Assembly (NCBI GenBank): GCA_965215885.1
Contig: CBDCEW010000002.1
Coordinates: 1 to 62,732 of the forward strand
Direction of reading: 5' to 3'
Source of the DNA: Candidatus Moanibacter sp.
Lineage (GTDB): Bacteria; Verrucomicrobiota; Verrucomicrobiia; Opitutales; UBA2987
Length of the DNA stretch: 62,732 bases
Shown here: piece by piece, positions 38,857 to 49,734 of the stretch
Numbering within the stretch: position 1 is the first letter of the stretch
Layout: the number at the start of each line of letters is the position of its first letter
Notes under the pieces: generated by a model
Told to the model about the DNA's origin: nothing
The model's database searches: none
What the model saw: the letters and a program-made list of their open reading frames with translations, nothing else
Translations under genes and position numbers: made by a program

Positions 38857-40803
38857 ATGAGTCAGAAGGATTATACAAGCGCCAAGCACAGCAGCGAATG
38901 CCGCTGGACAGGATCGGTGGGCAACGGGCAGTGGAACGATCCGACCAACTGGTCTGAATCGATCCTTCCCGGTTCGGCCGACGTGGTCCGATTCTCAGGC
39001 GCCATCGGCGACTGCGAGATTTGCATCGAGGATACCATCACAGTCGGTCGAATTGAGATGAAAACCGACAGCACGGATGACCGTGTGGTCCTCACAGGCG
39101 GCGGGACACTCATTCTCAATGGGGTCGATCGTCTCCTCGGAAAACCGACCACCCTGCAAGTCATGAAGGGAACGCTGGATTTTCGGAATCCGTTATGCGT
39201 CCAGGTTGAAGGCCCCCGTTTCAGCGTCAACGCCCCCGGAGGGCACTTGGGCATCTACACGCCTCAGGTCTATGCCACCGAACCAGACCTGAAATTGGCC
39301 ATGTCGCAAACCGGGACACTCACCTTCTCAGTGCCGTACTGGGAACCCAATATGGACTGGGATATCGCCACATCGAAGACACTCGGACTGGGGGATCGTA
39401 TTCTGAGCTACTCTCTCGAAGACGAGCAACCGCAGGGGCTCACCTTCAACAAATTCAAAGAGCACGACGGCGACATTCTTCTTGTGAAGGGCTTCAAGCA
39501 CGGGGATTATCTGCGCTTCAAAGAGGATCCAAGTCTTTCCACGGATCCTGGAAAGCATCTTAGACTGGAAGGTATTCGCTTTGAAGGTTGGCCCGAGTCG
39601 GGCGCCGCCGATATCGGAGAATCGGACGGATTCTGGTATTTCAAAACGAAGGGATCGGAACTCCTCGACTGCACAGTCCATCGGGCCGAACAGCGACAAG
39701 CGAAGCAGAGAATTCCGGAGCTTCAGTTTCCGGGCGTCACTCTCTCCGAGGTCGGTGAACACATCCTTGCTCCCGCCACGGCCGAGTTTCCGCGGAACAT
39801 GGGAGGGGATCTGGTCCGCCTCACTGACGGTCGCCTACTACTGGCCTACTCCCAGTGGCTCGGCGCAACGACCGACGGGGATCCTTCAAGGGTTGTGGGC
39901 ATGATCTCGGAAGACGATGGCCGAAATTGGGGAGAGATATTCCCCATCGCGGAGCCCGATGACAGGCGGAACACGGTGCGTATGCCGAGCCTTGTTCGTC
40001 TTGGCGATGGTCGCCTTGCCCTCTTCGTCCGTTGCCATCACACCCCAACCGAGAAATCGATCGCGATGATGGAATGCCGGGACGAGTCCCTGCCTGCCCT
40101 GGACGGTTCCGCCTGGACCGAACCGCAGCGGATAACGCCGGCGGGCCCGGGCGGTCATATCATCATCGCTCAGCGTGTCGTTCGAACAGGGAGCGGGAGG
40201 CTGATCGTCCCTCTCGCCACTCCATGGCCGTGGGACCGCACAGATGGAAAGACTGACAAAATCCGAACCTGGTTTCTCCTATCAGACGACGGCGGCGAAA
40301 ACTGGCGCCAGTCTCAGAGCATGCTGGAGGGCCCCGGACGGGGATTGATGGAACCCTGTGTCGTGGAACTCTCCTCCGCCCGACTCATGATGCTCATGCG
40401 CACCCAGATGCACCGGCAATATATCTCCTACTCGGACGACAACGGTGAGACATGGACCAAGGCCATGAAAGTGACACGACTCATCTCGCCGGAATCGCCG
40501 GCCGCCCGCGCAATTGAACCGAATACCGGCTGGATCATGGTGGTCTGGAATCGCAATAGCAATCTCGGTAGCCATGGAAAAAATCGGACACCCTTGACCG
40601 TTGGATTCTCTCACGACGGTGGCAAGAGCTGGTTCGGATTTCACAATCTGGAAGACGAACCCGGGAAGGCGTGGTCCTATCCCAGTATCCGGTTTATCGA
40701 TGGTGCCGCCCACGTGCTCTATTACGAGCAAACGAAAACGGAGCTCGGGGAAAACCGGATCGCGCTCAAGATGAGAATTTTTCGTGTTGAGGGCGCATCT
40801 TGA
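38857..40803 (+). CDS. Two-domain protein: unknown beta-rich N-domain plus C-terminal BNR sialidase-like domain
   Basis: Asp-boxes SEDDGRNW, SDDGGENW, SDDNGETW and SHDGGKSW, plus MEP, MRT, RTPL and SYPS. Confidence 0.85.
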   Translation: MSQKDYTSAKHSSECRWTGSVGNGQWNDPTNWSESILPGSADVVRFSGAIGDCEICIEDTITVGRIEMKTDSTDDRVVLTGGGTLILNGVDRLLGKPTTLQVMKGTLDFRNPLCVQVEGPRFSVNAPGGHLGIYTPQVYATEPDLKLAMSQTGTLTFSVPYWEPNMDWDIATSKTLGLGDRILSYSLEDEQPQGLTFNKFKEHDGDILLVKGFKHGDYLRFKEDPSLSTDPGKHLRLEGIRFEGWPESGAADIGESDGFWYFKTKGSELLDCTVHRAEQRQAKQRIPELQFPGVTLSEVGEHILAPATAEFPRNMGGDLVRLTDGRLLLAYSQWLGATTDGDPSRVVGMISEDDGRNWGEIFPIAEPDDRRNTVRMPSLVRLGDGRLALFVRCHHTPTEKSIAMMECRDESLPALDGSAWTEPQRITPAGPGGHIIIAQRVVRTGSGRLIVPLATPWPWDRTDGKTDKIRTWFLLSDDGGENWRQSQSMLEGPGRGLMEPCVVELSSARLMMLMRTQMHRQYISYSDDNGETWTKAMKVTRLISPESPAARAIEPNTGWIMVVWNRNSNLGSHGKNRTPLTVGFSHDGGKSWFGFHNLEDEPGKAWSYPSIRFIDGAAHVLYYEQTKTELGENRIALKMRIFRVEGAS

Positions 40804-40970
40804 ATTGGGTTGCCTCATCGTGCCATCGCGGCGTCACCGTCTTCGCGCGCTACGCCGTGTCAAGAAGCCGCTCATTCCCTCGCGGGTATCGAACTGATTC
40901 GGACCTCCGAATTACCGTCTGGATGTAGGAGAGCCTCGAGACGAAACACCTCTTTTCATCGCGAGGTGTT

Positions 40971-41216
40971 GGCAAGTCTCGTAGGTAACTTTTCAAGTTC
41001 CGAATGAGAAGCTGCCGGAACTCAACTATCTGCCCATAGATCTCATTTTCGACAATATTCGGATCGAGGGAAAAATCGCAGGCCTCCTCGCTCAAGGGAG
41101 CGCTGGCAATGCTGAAAAGCAAGGTCGTCCGAGCGCCGGTGCCGCGCGTAAAATCCGCTGAGCGCGGTCCCTCCTACCAGCATGCATCCCTCTATGTCCT
41201 GCGAAAATATCCAATC
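40971..41216 (-). pseudogene. Internally deleted paralog of the AbiEii-like gene
   Basis: 40971-41123 aligns to 26428-26581, and about 41128-41216 aligns to 26974-27062. Confidence 0.9.
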
Positions 41217-41336
41217 TGCTGACCGGGACGCTACTACTTCACCATCGTAGAAGCTTGTGATAATATTCAGCTTGACTCTAATTTAAGCATGAATAGTTTA
41301 GAGTTTATTTGAATCTCTGCATAATCGAAATTGGCT

Positions 41337-42467
41337 ATGAATCGCTATCTGACAGATATCGTAACTCAAGATCTGAAAGAGAAAATGGTTTTCCTGGGAG
41401 GGCCGCGACAAGTGGGCAAAACAACGCTTGCGTTGAGTCTCCTCGAAGGCGGCAGTGAAACACATCCCGCCTATATGAATTGGGATGATGTAGTGTCGAG
41501 AAGGGCACTCCTTCAGGGCGCGCTGCCCAGCGAGGAGAACCTCGTAATCCTCGACGAGATACATAAGTACAAGGGTTGGCGGAACCTCGTCAAAGGTTTC
41601 TACGACACCGGAAAGTCCAGACGACAGATCCTGATAACTGGTTCAGCCAGACTGGATCACTACAGGCGGGGCGGGGACTCACTTCAGGGAAGGTATCACT
41701 ATCACCGCCTGCATCCATTCTCACTCCGAGAGGTCAGCAACACCCCCACAAATGAGGACCTTCAACACTTGCTAAAGTTCGGTGGGTTCCCCGAACCCTT
41801 TCTCAAGGGAAGCGTCCGCCACTGGAAGCGCTGGCAGCGGGAACGTCAGAGCCGGGTCATTCAGGAAGATCTTATCAATCTGGAGCAAGTCAAGGAGGTG
41901 TCGCAACTGGATTTGCTGGCCAGCGTACTGCCTGAACGAGTCGGTTCCCTACTCTCGATCAATAACCTCAGGCAGGATCTTTCAGTAGCATTCGAGACGG
42001 CGGACCGCTGGATCACGATTCTGGAGAACCTTTATTTCTGCTTTCGCATACAGCCACATGGATTTCCGAAGCTTCGAGCAGCAAAAAAGGAGAGAAAACT
42101 CTATATGTGGGACTGGTCCGTCTGCGTGAACGAGGCAGCCCGTTTAGAAAACCTTGTCGCTTCAAATCTGTTGAAATACTGTCATCGAATCGAGGATAGT
42201 GAGGGCGACCGGATGGACTTGAAATTTGTGCGCGATTCCCAGGGGAGGGAGCTGGATTTCGTTGTCGTTCAGAACGCCAAACCCGTCTTCGCCGTGGAGT
42301 GCAAGACCGGTGAGAGCGAGCTCAGTCGAAATATATCCTACTTTTCAAAGCGTACCAGCATCCCTTGCTTTTACCAGGTTCACTTTGGGGAGAGGGACTA
42401 CGAGATCGGCTCGTCCAAGGCACGGGTACTTCCCTTTTCCACCCTGGCGCAAATCCTCGCAGTGTGA
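41337..42467 (+). CDS. AAA_14 ATPase with DUF4143 domain
   Basis: GPRQVGKTT, ILDEIH, TGS, GGFPE, ENLV, ELDFV and VECK. Confidence 0.92.
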   Translation: MNRYLTDIVTQDLKEKMVFLGGPRQVGKTTLALSLLEGGSETHPAYMNWDDVVSRRALLQGALPSEENLVILDEIHKYKGWRNLVKGFYDTGKSRRQILITGSARLDHYRRGGDSLQGRYHYHRLHPFSLREVSNTPTNEDLQHLLKFGGFPEPFLKGSVRHWKRWQRERQSRVIQEDLINLEQVKEVSQLDLLASVLPERVGSLLSINNLRQDLSVAFETADRWITILENLYFCFRIQPHGFPKLRAAKKERKLYMWDWSVCVNEAARLENLVASNLLKYCHRIEDSEGDRMDLKFVRDSQGRELDFVVVQNAKPVFAVECKTGESELSRNISYFSKRTSIPCFYQVHFGERDYEIGSSKARVLPFSTLAQILAV

Positions 42468-42615
42468 TCGGATCACAAAGATTTGCAGTAACTTTCTTCA
42501 TTGCAAATGTGTCATCGCATATTTTGCATCGCCGTCGTCGGGAAGATCCCGATTCTCAAAAAGACGCTGCAAGAGAGGGAGGAAGCTTTTGCCAGGAGAT
42601 ACGCTGAATATCACG

Positions 42616-43632
42616 GTGACACCGACAGAACTCAGGGAGCGCCTCAACAGGCTCCCCCGGGTTTCATTGGCGCATTTACCGACCCCCCTGGAACCGTGTC
42701 CGAAGCTCACCGAAGCGCTGGGCGGCCCACGGATTTTCATAAAGCGGGAAGATTGCACGGGACTGGCATTCGGAGGAAACAAAACCCGAATTCTCCAGTA
42801 TGTTCTTGGAAAAGCCGTGGAATCAGGCGCCGACTGCGTCGTTCAGGGCGCGGCAGAGCAATCCAATCACTGCCGGCAACTGGCGGCGGCCGCTGTTCGG
42901 CTAGGTTTGAAGGCACATCTGGTCCTTCACAAATACTATCCGAGTCGGGAGGTTCAGGGAAATCTCCTTCTGGATCACCTCCTCGGCGCCGAGATTCATT
43001 TTACCGATGCTCCCCTGGGCGAGGGCATGGAAGCGGCCAAGCAGGAAGTGGGCGAGCAGCTGCGAGAGGCGGGACACAAACCTTTCGTTATCAGCACTCG
43101 TGAAGGGGAATCACTCGCCCCGTTAGCCTACGTAGAATTCATCCTGGAACTCAAAGAGCAACTGAAAGCCGCCGGCGTCCAGCCGGACTTTATCTACTGC
43201 TCGTCCGCTGGAGCTACCCAGTCCGGGATGGTGCTGGGCGCCAAAGGCCTGGGCCTGCCGTGGCAGGTAGTCGGAATAGCCCCGATACGTTGGGACGAGG
43301 ATATCTTCCAAAAACTGGCGCGCACGGCGAACACTGCAGCGAAAGCGTTGGATCTGAACCTGACGTTGGGGTCCGATGATTTCGTGAATGATGACGGTTA
43401 CATAGGTGAATCTTACGGAAAGACCTCTCAAGCCGGAATGGAGGCGCTGAAACTCATGGCACGAACCGAGGGAATCATTCTCGACCCGATTTACACCGCA
43501 AAAGCGCTAGCAGGATTGGTGGACCATATTCGGCAGGGAAGAATCTCGCCAGATCAAACCGTGATCTTTGTGCATACAGGGGGGACTCCTGCCCTATTTG
43601 CCTACAATCAGGAAGTCTTCGAAAGTCTCTGA
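42616..43632 (+). CDS. D-cysteine desulfhydrase / ACC deaminase family PLP enzyme
   Basis: PTPLE, KREDCTG..GGNKTR, QSNH, LDPIYTAK and HTGG. GTG start at 42616. Confidence 0.92.
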   Translation: MTPTELRERLNRLPRVSLAHLPTPLEPCPKLTEALGGPRIFIKREDCTGLAFGGNKTRILQYVLGKAVESGADCVVQGAAEQSNHCRQLAAAAVRLGLKAHLVLHKYYPSREVQGNLLLDHLLGAEIHFTDAPLGEGMEAAKQEVGEQLREAGHKPFVISTREGESLAPLAYVEFILELKEQLKAAGVQPDFIYCSSAGATQSGMVLGAKGLGLPWQVVGIAPIRWDEDIFQKLARTANTAAKALDLNLTLGSDDFVNDDGYIGESYGKTSQAGMEALKLMARTEGIILDPIYTAKALAGLVDHIRQGRISPDQTVIFVHTGGTPALFAYNQEVFESL

Positions 43633-43866
43633 TTTGAGGTTTCTCTCTTTACGGCAGAATCGCATTCACCTCCGCACCCAATTTCACAGCGAAGTTAGGA
43701 AACTCGCTCTTCAGCGAGCCGATCGGGGTCGGTGGTTCCATTCGGCTGCCCCTCGACAAGCTCGGGGTCTTCGACAAGCGGCCTTCCTATCCCGGCGAGC
43801 CGGGAGTCTTCGAGACTCTAATTCCCGATCGGAGGTATTGAATGACCTCGACGCGCTTCCATTGGC

Positions 43867-44708
43867 TCAGGCGTTGACTTTGTCGTGTGCGATCTCTGAG
43901 GACCGCCGCACGCCGTGCATTTCCGCCCACTCCCGCAGAGCCCGATGATCGATCTGGGAATTGGAAGATCGGGCCGCGCCCAACAACTGCCCGGCGATTG
44001 GGTCGTGTATCCTTTCCAGCAACTCTTCGGATTGCACGACGAAGTCATTGGGGGAAAGCCATGCGTAGGAGTAACCGAACATCACTACCTTCCGAGTGAA
44101 TTGCGTTCGATTGAGCCCCTGGCGATGATAGGTCCTGTTCTCGAACAGAAACGCGTCACCCGCTCGCAGAGAAGGCTCCATGGCGTTGGTCGGATCGTGC
44201 GCGCCTTTCGGAATCTCGATCGGCCGTCTACAGTTATTGCTGCCGGCAGCCAGCCAAGTGTTGCCACAACCGGGCTCCATGCCATCGCTCAATTGATACG
44301 CCACCTTGATCTGCAGTCGAGTGTTGCAAGCCGGCCCCAGATCTTCTGAACTGTAACGCACATCCCGATGCCAATAGGTCGGTTCACTTGCACCCTCCGG
44401 ATCCGGATACTTGAAAATGAGGTGAGACTTTGTCAGGCGTATATTGTAACTGAGTAATTGAACAATCAGAGGAACTGTTGTCTCCCACGTCAGAAGTGGA
44501 ACAAATGTATCCTCGAGAGCAACCACATTGCTGAGACTGGCTCGGCGTCCCCCAGTTTCTGTATAGCGCCCTGTATAGCGCCCACCAATCGATCCGCCGC
44601 TTCCACGACCCGCTGCAGCATCTCCTCGTCGAGTGCTTCACGAACAACCAGGTATCCATTGTCGTCGAAGAATCGCCGCTCATCGCTCTTCAATTCTCGA
44701 TACTTCAT
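43867..44708 (-). pseudogene. PhyH family dioxygenase, frameshifted
   Basis: The N-terminus FFDDNGYLVVREAL and the catalytic part WHRD..TYH are in different frames. A 12-bp tandem duplication lies at the junction. Confidence 0.85.
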
Positions 44709-45321
44709 GTATATTCGATCCGCAATCGTTCCAATCGACAATTCTCTATCCGTGTTCCAAGATAAGTGCGACGATGCCTACGGGGTCAATCACGAATGGC
44801 CCTAACTTAGGGCAAGAATCGCTCGCAAGCGAGCTTCCTGCGAATTTCGTAAGTTTTTGTAGGAAGGCCGCTTGCGACCGAATCGGAAACGCCAGTGATC
44901 AGATTAACGAGTCCCTAAGTTTGTGCCATTCGGGTCAATCACCATGATCAGAGACTGTTAGATGCCACCATGCAACGCATCCGAAGTATGGATCCTCCGC
45001 AAGCGAAAGCCGACTTCCACGGAGTCTATGATTCCGCAAAATGATTGAGAAATCCGTCTACGGAGTATTCATTCAATCACATGCACACAAAGGAAACGGT
45101 AAGATTTTTCAAGAGGGTTTTGTGAGCAGGATTGAGGTTAGTGTATATCCTAGTTCGCACGAGACGCTGTCGGATCAAAAAGGGGTGAAACTTGGTTAGG
45201 ACGAAATGCTTCCGCATTCCGCTACACTCAAATTCGATTCCGGTAGCGGAAAGCGGGAGCTTTTCGATAGAGTTTTCCCCGATCTCAATCGATTTCGATC
45301 ACCTGCAAAACCGCTTCTGAA

Positions 45322-46788
45322 ATGAAGGCAGCAATCGCCCAGTTCCTATTCGAGAGCAACACATTCAGCCCTCAGGATGCTGAGATCGACCTGTTCAAGC
45401 GAAGCGGCATTTGGCTGGAAACGGAGGATGCGATACGGGCGTGGGCGAGGGAGTCGGATTCACAGATGCGGGGAAGTCTGGAAGTCCTCGAATCGGTTGG
45501 CTGGGAAACGAATCCCTCTTTCGTGGCGATTTGCGGTTCCCCCGCCGGTCGACTCAGTGCTGATTGTCTCTCTCAGTTGAGCGATACCTTATTGGGGCGA
45601 ATCGAAGTCGCCGGCCTCTTCGATGTGTTGATTCTACACCTACACGGCGCCGCCTGTGCAATCGGCGAGGACGACGTCGAGGGTCACATCCTGGAGAGGG
45701 TGCGTAATGAACTCGGCTACTCGGGACGCCTCGTCCTGTCACTCGATTTGCACGCGAATATTACGACGCGAATGCTGAGATATGCGGATGCCATTACCGC
45801 TTACCGCACGATGCCGCATATAGACACCAATAAAACGGGTGAGCGGGCAGCGCGCCTTGCCATGCACGAAGGAAATTTCTCCCGTGCGGCCGTAAAGATT
45901 GCGGCACTGATTCCTCCCACAGACACTTCGCACGAGCATGGCCGTTTCGCGGATATTCTTCGAAAGGCCCGTGAGATCGAGCGCAACGAGGGGATTCTCG
46001 ATGTCAGTCTCTTTCCCGTGCAACCCTGGCTGGACATTACTGAATTGGGTTCGGCGGTGGTGGTTACATCGGAAGCGGGTAAATCAGCCATAGCCCAAGG
46101 GAAGGAATTGGCGGAGAATTGGTATTCTCAACGCAAACAATGGGAATCGCATCTGTCCGACTGGGAGTCGATTCTGATACGTCTCGAGGAGAAAAAGAAT
46201 AAACCATGGATACTCGCGGATACCGCCGACGCCACTTCGGGTGGATCGGCGGGACACAGCGCTGAAGCCTTGCGACGGCTTTTACCTCATAAGGACGCTC
46301 TCGCGGGAAAGGTCCTTCTATGGGTCGTCGATCCCGCTACCGTCAAAGCTGCTAGAGAAGGGGCAACTCGGTTCAGAACCGGGGATCCCGCGGTGGAATG
46401 GGAGGGGAGTGTGTTGTTTACAGGCGAAGGTCGATACCGGGCACGAGGTAAATCCTATACGGGTCAGACTTTCTCAATGGGAGAAGCGGCGGTAATTGAG
46501 GCGGGACAGTTGCAGCTTGTGGCATGTAGCTATCCGGCTTTGACGCCGGATCCCGCTTTTTACGAAAGTGTCGGACTCGCCCCCAATGACGCACTGGCCG
46601 TGTTGGTAAAGAGTCCGACTGGATGGCAGGCGGGTTATGAAGCCGAACCGGAACGCGGCCTCCTCTTTGACGGTCCCGGCGCGACCTCGCTCGATCTTGC
46701 GAATCTTCCGTTTCAAAGGAGTGGGAAGAATGTTTTCCCTGTGCACACTGACCCTGAAAATCCATTTGAACTATGGGAATTGAACTAA
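45322..46788 (+). CDS. M81 family metallopeptidase (MlrC-like)
   Basis: ESNTFS, LHLHGA, LDLHAN, YRTMPHID and VLVKS. Confidence 0.9.
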   Translation: MKAAIAQFLFESNTFSPQDAEIDLFKRSGIWLETEDAIRAWARESDSQMRGSLEVLESVGWETNPSFVAICGSPAGRLSADCLSQLSDTLLGRIEVAGLFDVLILHLHGAACAIGEDDVEGHILERVRNELGYSGRLVLSLDLHANITTRMLRYADAITAYRTMPHIDTNKTGERAARLAMHEGNFSRAAVKIAALIPPTDTSHEHGRFADILRKAREIERNEGILDVSLFPVQPWLDITELGSAVVVTSEAGKSAIAQGKELAENWYSQRKQWESHLSDWESILIRLEEKKNKPWILADTADATSGGSAGHSAEALRRLLPHKDALAGKVLLWVVDPATVKAAREGATRFRTGDPAVEWEGSVLFTGEGRYRARGKSYTGQTFSMGEAAVIEAGQLQLVACSYPALTPDPAFYESVGLAPNDALAVLVKSPTGWQAGYEAEPERGLLFDGPGATSLDLANLPFQRSGKNVFPVHTDPENPFELWELN

Positions 46789-46929
46789 TCAGCAAAGTAT
46801 GCCTGAGTGCAGGCTGCTGCTTGGCGAGAGATCATGGCCGGGCGTCCAGAGGAAGAAGAGGCAAATCTGCTGAGCATTAACGTCGAAAGTATGCACGCTT
46901 TAGTGTGAGATGGACTCATTTGAGAAAGT

Positions 46930-47133
46930 TGTGATCAGCACGGAGTCGAACTGCGGGCAGCCGCTCTGCAATTCCCGTTGGCTCACGAAGCGGTAATCTC
47001 GGTCGTGCCCGGAGCTGCATCAATCGACGAACTTGAGGACAACGCGCGCGTAATGCGGGCGGAGATCCCTCGACAGCTATGGTCCGATCTCAAGGCCGAG
47101 GGCCTCTTACCGGTAGAGGCGCCGACACCATGA
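46930..47133 (+). pseudogene. C-terminal remnant of an aldo/keto reductase
   Basis: CDQHGVELRAAALQFPLAHEAVISVVPGA..IPRQLWSDLKAEGLL. Its TGA overlaps the next ATG. Confidence 0.85.
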
Positions 47134-48089
47134 GAATCTGCCAGGTACCGAACCCGTTTGATGAAACCCGGTTGGCGCTGCTCAAGCAATTGGGCGTAGA
47201 CGATGTAGTCTACTATGACATGTCGGGCATGCCGGCCGATATGGAAGCGCTGAATTTGGCCAAGCGAAAAGCGCAGAGTATGGGTATGTCGATCCCGGTG
47301 GTGGAAGCCGGACCGGCCATTGACCGGATTGTTCTTGGGAAAGAAGGGCGGGCGCGACAGGTCGAAGACTACAAAAGGGCAATCGGTCGCATGGGACAAC
47401 TGGGTGTGCAGGTGCTGTGCTATAATTTCATGCCGCAGATAACAGACGACGCCATGGTCGTGCGCACGTCTATTGAAACGCCGACCCGCGGGGGCGCGTT
47501 AACCAGCCGTTTTCAGCGGGCGGCTTTTGATCGCGACCCACTCGTTCACGATGAGGAACCGACCACCTCCGAGCAGATGTGGGACAATCTGGAGTATTTT
47601 CTGCGAAATGTGGTTCCGGTAGCGGAGGAGGCGGAAGTGAAACTCGCCATGCATCCGGACGATCCGCCAGTCTCGCCCCTCTGCGGCCTATCCCGGATCA
47701 TGTCGAGCCGCGAGGATTTTGACCGCTTGCTGAATCTTTTTCCCAGCCCAGTAAACGGGATAACGCTTTGCCAGGGCTGCTTCGTGGAAATGGGAGCGCA
47801 CGTGCCGGAAGTTATTGAACATTTTGGAGACAATATTCACTTTGTACATTTTCGGGACGTTCGGGGCTCGATCGATGATTTCATCGAGACTTTTCCTGAT
47901 GACGGACCCACCGACATGGTTGAGGCATTCAGGACTTACATGAAGATCGGCTACAAGGGCTTCATCCGCTCGGATCACGCCCCTCGTCTGGCCACCGATG
48001 AAGGACCTGCTGACGGCTACACCATGCAAGGACATATCTTTGCCATCGGGTATATGAAAGGCATAATGGCAGCGGTTTCGGGAGAATAG
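47130..48089 (+). CDS. uxuA: Mannonate dehydratase family protein
   Basis: CYNFMP, MHPDDPP, HFVHFRD, DHAP and FAIGYMKG. Confidence 0.9.
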   Translation: MRICQVPNPFDETRLALLKQLGVDDVVYYDMSGMPADMEALNLAKRKAQSMGMSIPVVEAGPAIDRIVLGKEGRARQVEDYKRAIGRMGQLGVQVLCYNFMPQITDDAMVVRTSIETPTRGGALTSRFQRAAFDRDPLVHDEEPTTSEQMWDNLEYFLRNVVPVAEEAEVKLAMHPDDPPVSPLCGLSRIMSSREDFDRLLNLFPSPVNGITLCQGCFVEMGAHVPEVIEHFGDNIHFVHFRDVRGSIDDFIETFPDDGPTDMVEAFRTYMKIGYKGFIRSDHAPRLATDEGPADGYTMQGHIFAIGYMKGIMAAVSGE

Positions 48090-48115
48090 AAAGCGCTATT
48101 GGAAAACAGAATTCC

Positions 48116-49327
48116 ATGAAAATCACAAAGGTTGTCTCGACTCCGGTACACGTGCCGATGGACGCGCCGCTTCGCTGGAGCATGGGCGTGGAAACAGGCA
48201 CGACGCGCACGATCGTGGAAGTGCATACCGATGAAGGCGTCGTGGGGTTGGGAGAAACCTATGGAGGAAACAGCACCTGTGCCCGCGTCAAAGATGCGGA
48301 GCGCTTCTTCATCGGTTATGATCCACTTGATGTTTCCAGAATCATAAAAAACTTTGAGGTATTTCGTACCACGAGCGAGCAATCCGCCCTCACCATCGAA
48401 TTGCGTTATGTGGCCGCGGCAATCGAGACGGCCTGCTGGGACATTATCGGGAAGATCCAGAATAAACGGCTGTGCGACCTGCTCGGCGGCGCGGATGTGG
48501 AGGCAGTTCCGTTTGTCGCCTACCTATTCTATCGTTACAAAAGCGAGGACGGCGCAACCGGCGGCGAGGATGGTCCCGAAGGCATCTGCGAGCAGTATGC
48601 CGAGCACGTAGAGAAATACGGGTTTAAGGGATTAAAGCTGAAAACGGGTGTTCTCGATCCGCCGGTGGAGCGGGAGACGGTGCGCCTCTTGCGGGAGCGT
48701 TTCGGTGATCAGATCGAGCACCTTCGGGTCGATCCGAACCAGGTCTGGAGCGTGGAGACATCGATTAACGAACTGAAGAAACTCGATGCCTACGACATCG
48801 AATACTGTGAGGACCCGACCTCAAATCTGGAAGGCATGTCGCGGGTGCGCGCATCAGTGAATGTTCCCCTCGCCACCAATATGGCGGTTCTGAGCTTTGA
48901 CCAGGTTGCACCCATGCTGCGGATGTATGCATTGGATGTCGTCCTCGTGGATCCCTATTTCTGGGGCGGCCTCAGCCAGTGCAAGAAACTGGCCACGGTG
49001 GCGGAGACCTTTGGATTCGGGCTCGCCATTCACAGTGATCGCGAGCTTGGAATCGGCATGACGGCCAGCCTCCATTTATGGGCGTCCACACCTTCACTCG
49101 TTCACAAATACGATTCGCACTACCCTTTCCAGGTCGATGACATCATCACGAAACCGCTCCAGTGGAAAGATGGCTCGACCTCCCTTCCGCAGGGTCCCGG
49201 TCTGGGCGTCGAGATCGATCGGGATAAGCTGGAAAAGTATCACCGGCTCTATCTGGAAAAGGGCGACGAGATCGAGTTTTTCGATCCGAATCGGCCGGGA
49301 TGGATCCCTCATGTGCCCCTGTGGTGA
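48116..49327 (+). CDS. Glucarate dehydratase-like enolase-superfamily enzyme
   Basis: GLGETYG, KLKTG, DPNQVW, EDP, ATNM, HS, DSHY and GPGLGVE. Confidence 0.9.
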   Translation: MKITKVVSTPVHVPMDAPLRWSMGVETGTTRTIVEVHTDEGVVGLGETYGGNSTCARVKDAERFFIGYDPLDVSRIIKNFEVFRTTSEQSALTIELRYVAAAIETACWDIIGKIQNKRLCDLLGGADVEAVPFVAYLFYRYKSEDGATGGEDGPEGICEQYAEHVEKYGFKGLKLKTGVLDPPVERETVRLLRERFGDQIEHLRVDPNQVWSVETSINELKKLDAYDIEYCEDPTSNLEGMSRVRASVNVPLATNMAVLSFDQVAPMLRMYALDVVLVDPYFWGGLSQCKKLATVAETFGFGLAIHSDRELGIGMTASLHLWASTPSLVHKYDSHYPFQVDDIITKPLQWKDGSTSLPQGPGLGVEIDRDKLEKYHRLYLEKGDEIEFFDPNRPGWIPHVPLW

Positions 49328-49734
49328 GGGGGTTCGGTGGTCAGTGGGGCCCCCGGCGGGCAGCCGGATCAAACGGGTGTGAAACGTCTAATTTGGGGTT
49401 CCGAGCCCTCCTACAAATCGTTCTCGTCCTCATCCTCGTTCTCGTCCTCGAAAAACAGCCGAAAGGCTCATCAAAGTTGACGCTCAATCAAAGTGAATCG
49501 GAGAGTGGTAGGAGTGATTTCTCGGATAGATCGTTCCATAAAGATCGCTGCGCTCCGAGGACGAGGAGGAGAACGAGGACGATATTTGCCGTTTTCGCTA
49601 TTGAAACGCCTGAAAGTATCGCCCGCAAAGCCGCTCTGCCGTACGGCAGAGAAGTTTCAAGTCAGAACAGTGATCACACCATCGATCCGGTCTCCCATTG
49701 TGACCTTTAATCCATTCGACGAGCTCATGGCAGG

